A stretch of DNA of 64,000 nucleotides from an uncultured virus (IMG/VR IMGVR_UViG_3300035698_005065). Its lineage: Duplodnaviria > Heunggongvirae > Uroviricota > Caudoviricetes. This document shows, piece by piece, positions 63,477 to 64,000 of the stretch. Within the stretch, counting starts at the first letter, position 1. Each line of letters opens with the position of its first letter. The DNA lies in the IMG/VR virus record IMGVR_UViG_3300035698_005065. One strand, given 5' to 3'. Both the position numbers and the translations under genes were made by a program. The notes under the pieces were generated by a model. It saw nothing but the letters and a program-made list of their open reading frames with translations, was not told where the DNA came from and did not search any database.

Positions 63477-63917
63477 ATGAAATTAAAACAATCCGGGCCT
63501 CTTGCGCCCGCCAATGAACCGTGGACCTTGATCCGCGACGCCATCCACGACCTGACGCTTCAAGAAAAGCTGAAGGGTGTTATGATCAATATGAGTAATT
63601 GGCACTTACCAAGCGCCGGCGTGTGTCACCAATGTCTCGGCGGGTCTGTCATGTCGAGGCGTCTCGGCGTTGATACTAATGCTTGCGCAAACCCGATCAA
63701 CTACCCCAAAGACGTAGCGGCCAGACTCCACGCGCTGGACGATTTCCGCATCGGGGATATTTACGCCGCCTACGACAGACTGGACCTAGATCGTCCCGCT
63801 TCGCTTCCTCTTGATGTGACCGTCCCGAGCTACCACCGCCCACCCGCCTTCAAGGCAGCCATGCTCGCAATCGCCGACCTACTCGAGGCGGCACAACCAA
63901 CCAAAACCAAGCTATGA
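63477..63917 (+). CDS. array paralog 9
   Basis: same motifs; 5' half nearly identical to paralog 3. Confidence 0.85.
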   Translation: MKLKQSGPLAPANEPWTLIRDAIHDLTLQEKLKGVMINMSNWHLPSAGVCHQCLGGSVMSRRLGVDTNACANPINYPKDVAARLHALDDFRIGDIYAAYDRLDLDRPASLPLDVTVPSYHRPPAFKAAMLAIADLLEAAQPTKTKL

Positions 63918-64000
63918 TACTAGAACAATCCGGGGCACTCGCGCCCGCCAATGAACCGTGGACCCTCATCCGCGATGCGATCCACGACCTCGAACTTCAA
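63914..64000 (+). CDS. array paralog 10 (truncated by window end)
   Basis: MILEQSGALAPANEPWTLIRDAIHDLELQ; nearly identical to paralog 2 start. Confidence 0.8.
   Translation, partial: MILEQSGALAPANEPWTLIRDAIHDLELQ

Larger units (their letters stand above)
57617..64000 (+). repeat. tandem paralog array, ~440-bp units, at least 10 copies, continues past window end
   Basis: recurring AACAATC(C/A)GGG..GAACCGTGGA..TCATGTC..GCCTTCAAG..GCCGACC..GCACAACC. Confidence 0.95.

Noticed and set aside
57617..64000. CRISPR array or diversity-generating retroelement
   Set aside because: Units are ~440-bp intact ORFs, not short repeat-spacer pairs; differences involve all bases and indels rather than adenine-only changes; no reverse transcriptase or cas gene in the window.
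1..64000. Bacterial chromosome origin suggested by rpoB/rpoC, ligA, recQ, def
   Set aside because: RNAP is fragmented and divergent, there is no ribosomal operon context, and the portal-like gene, single-strand dense layout and many small unknown ORFs indicate a phage.
1..64000. Alternative genetic code (stop-codon reassignment)
   Set aside because: Conserved genes are full length under the standard code and end in TAA, TAG and TGA.

Overview
This window looks like 64 kb of a large tailed-phage (jumbo/huge phage-like) genome. Genes are densely packed, almost all on the + strand, often joined by ATGA overlaps, and have A-rich, Shine-Dalgarno-poor leaders. Layout: (1) a replication/recombination module (0.4-18.9 kb): DnaG-like primase, GP88-like protein, PIF1-like helicase, RecA/UvsX, RecQ, and a UDG-fused family A DNA polymerase interrupted by a group I intron (with a decayed endonuclease) and a mini-intein; (2) an accessory island (18.9-22.5 kb) punctuated by integron attC-like palindromes, with one apparently intact cassette gene on the - strand; (3) a probable virion/transcription module (22.8-39.7 kb): three fragments of a split multisubunit RNA polymerase (one with an intein), a portal-like protein, a GNAT-fused protein and many proteins rich in a K-x-A/S motif; (4) accessory and DNA-metabolism genes (RuvC-like resolvase, peptide deformylase, C5 methyltransferase, metallophosphoesterase, NAD-dependent ligase, DEDDh exonuclease); (5) from 57.6 kb to the window end, a translationally coupled, mosaic array of at least 10 paralogous ~146-aa W-H/CxxC proteins, with the catalytic DFDGD-bearing beta-prime RNAP fragment and a tRNA-CAT block embedded in it. 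All family calls come from motif recognition by eye; no database search was run.
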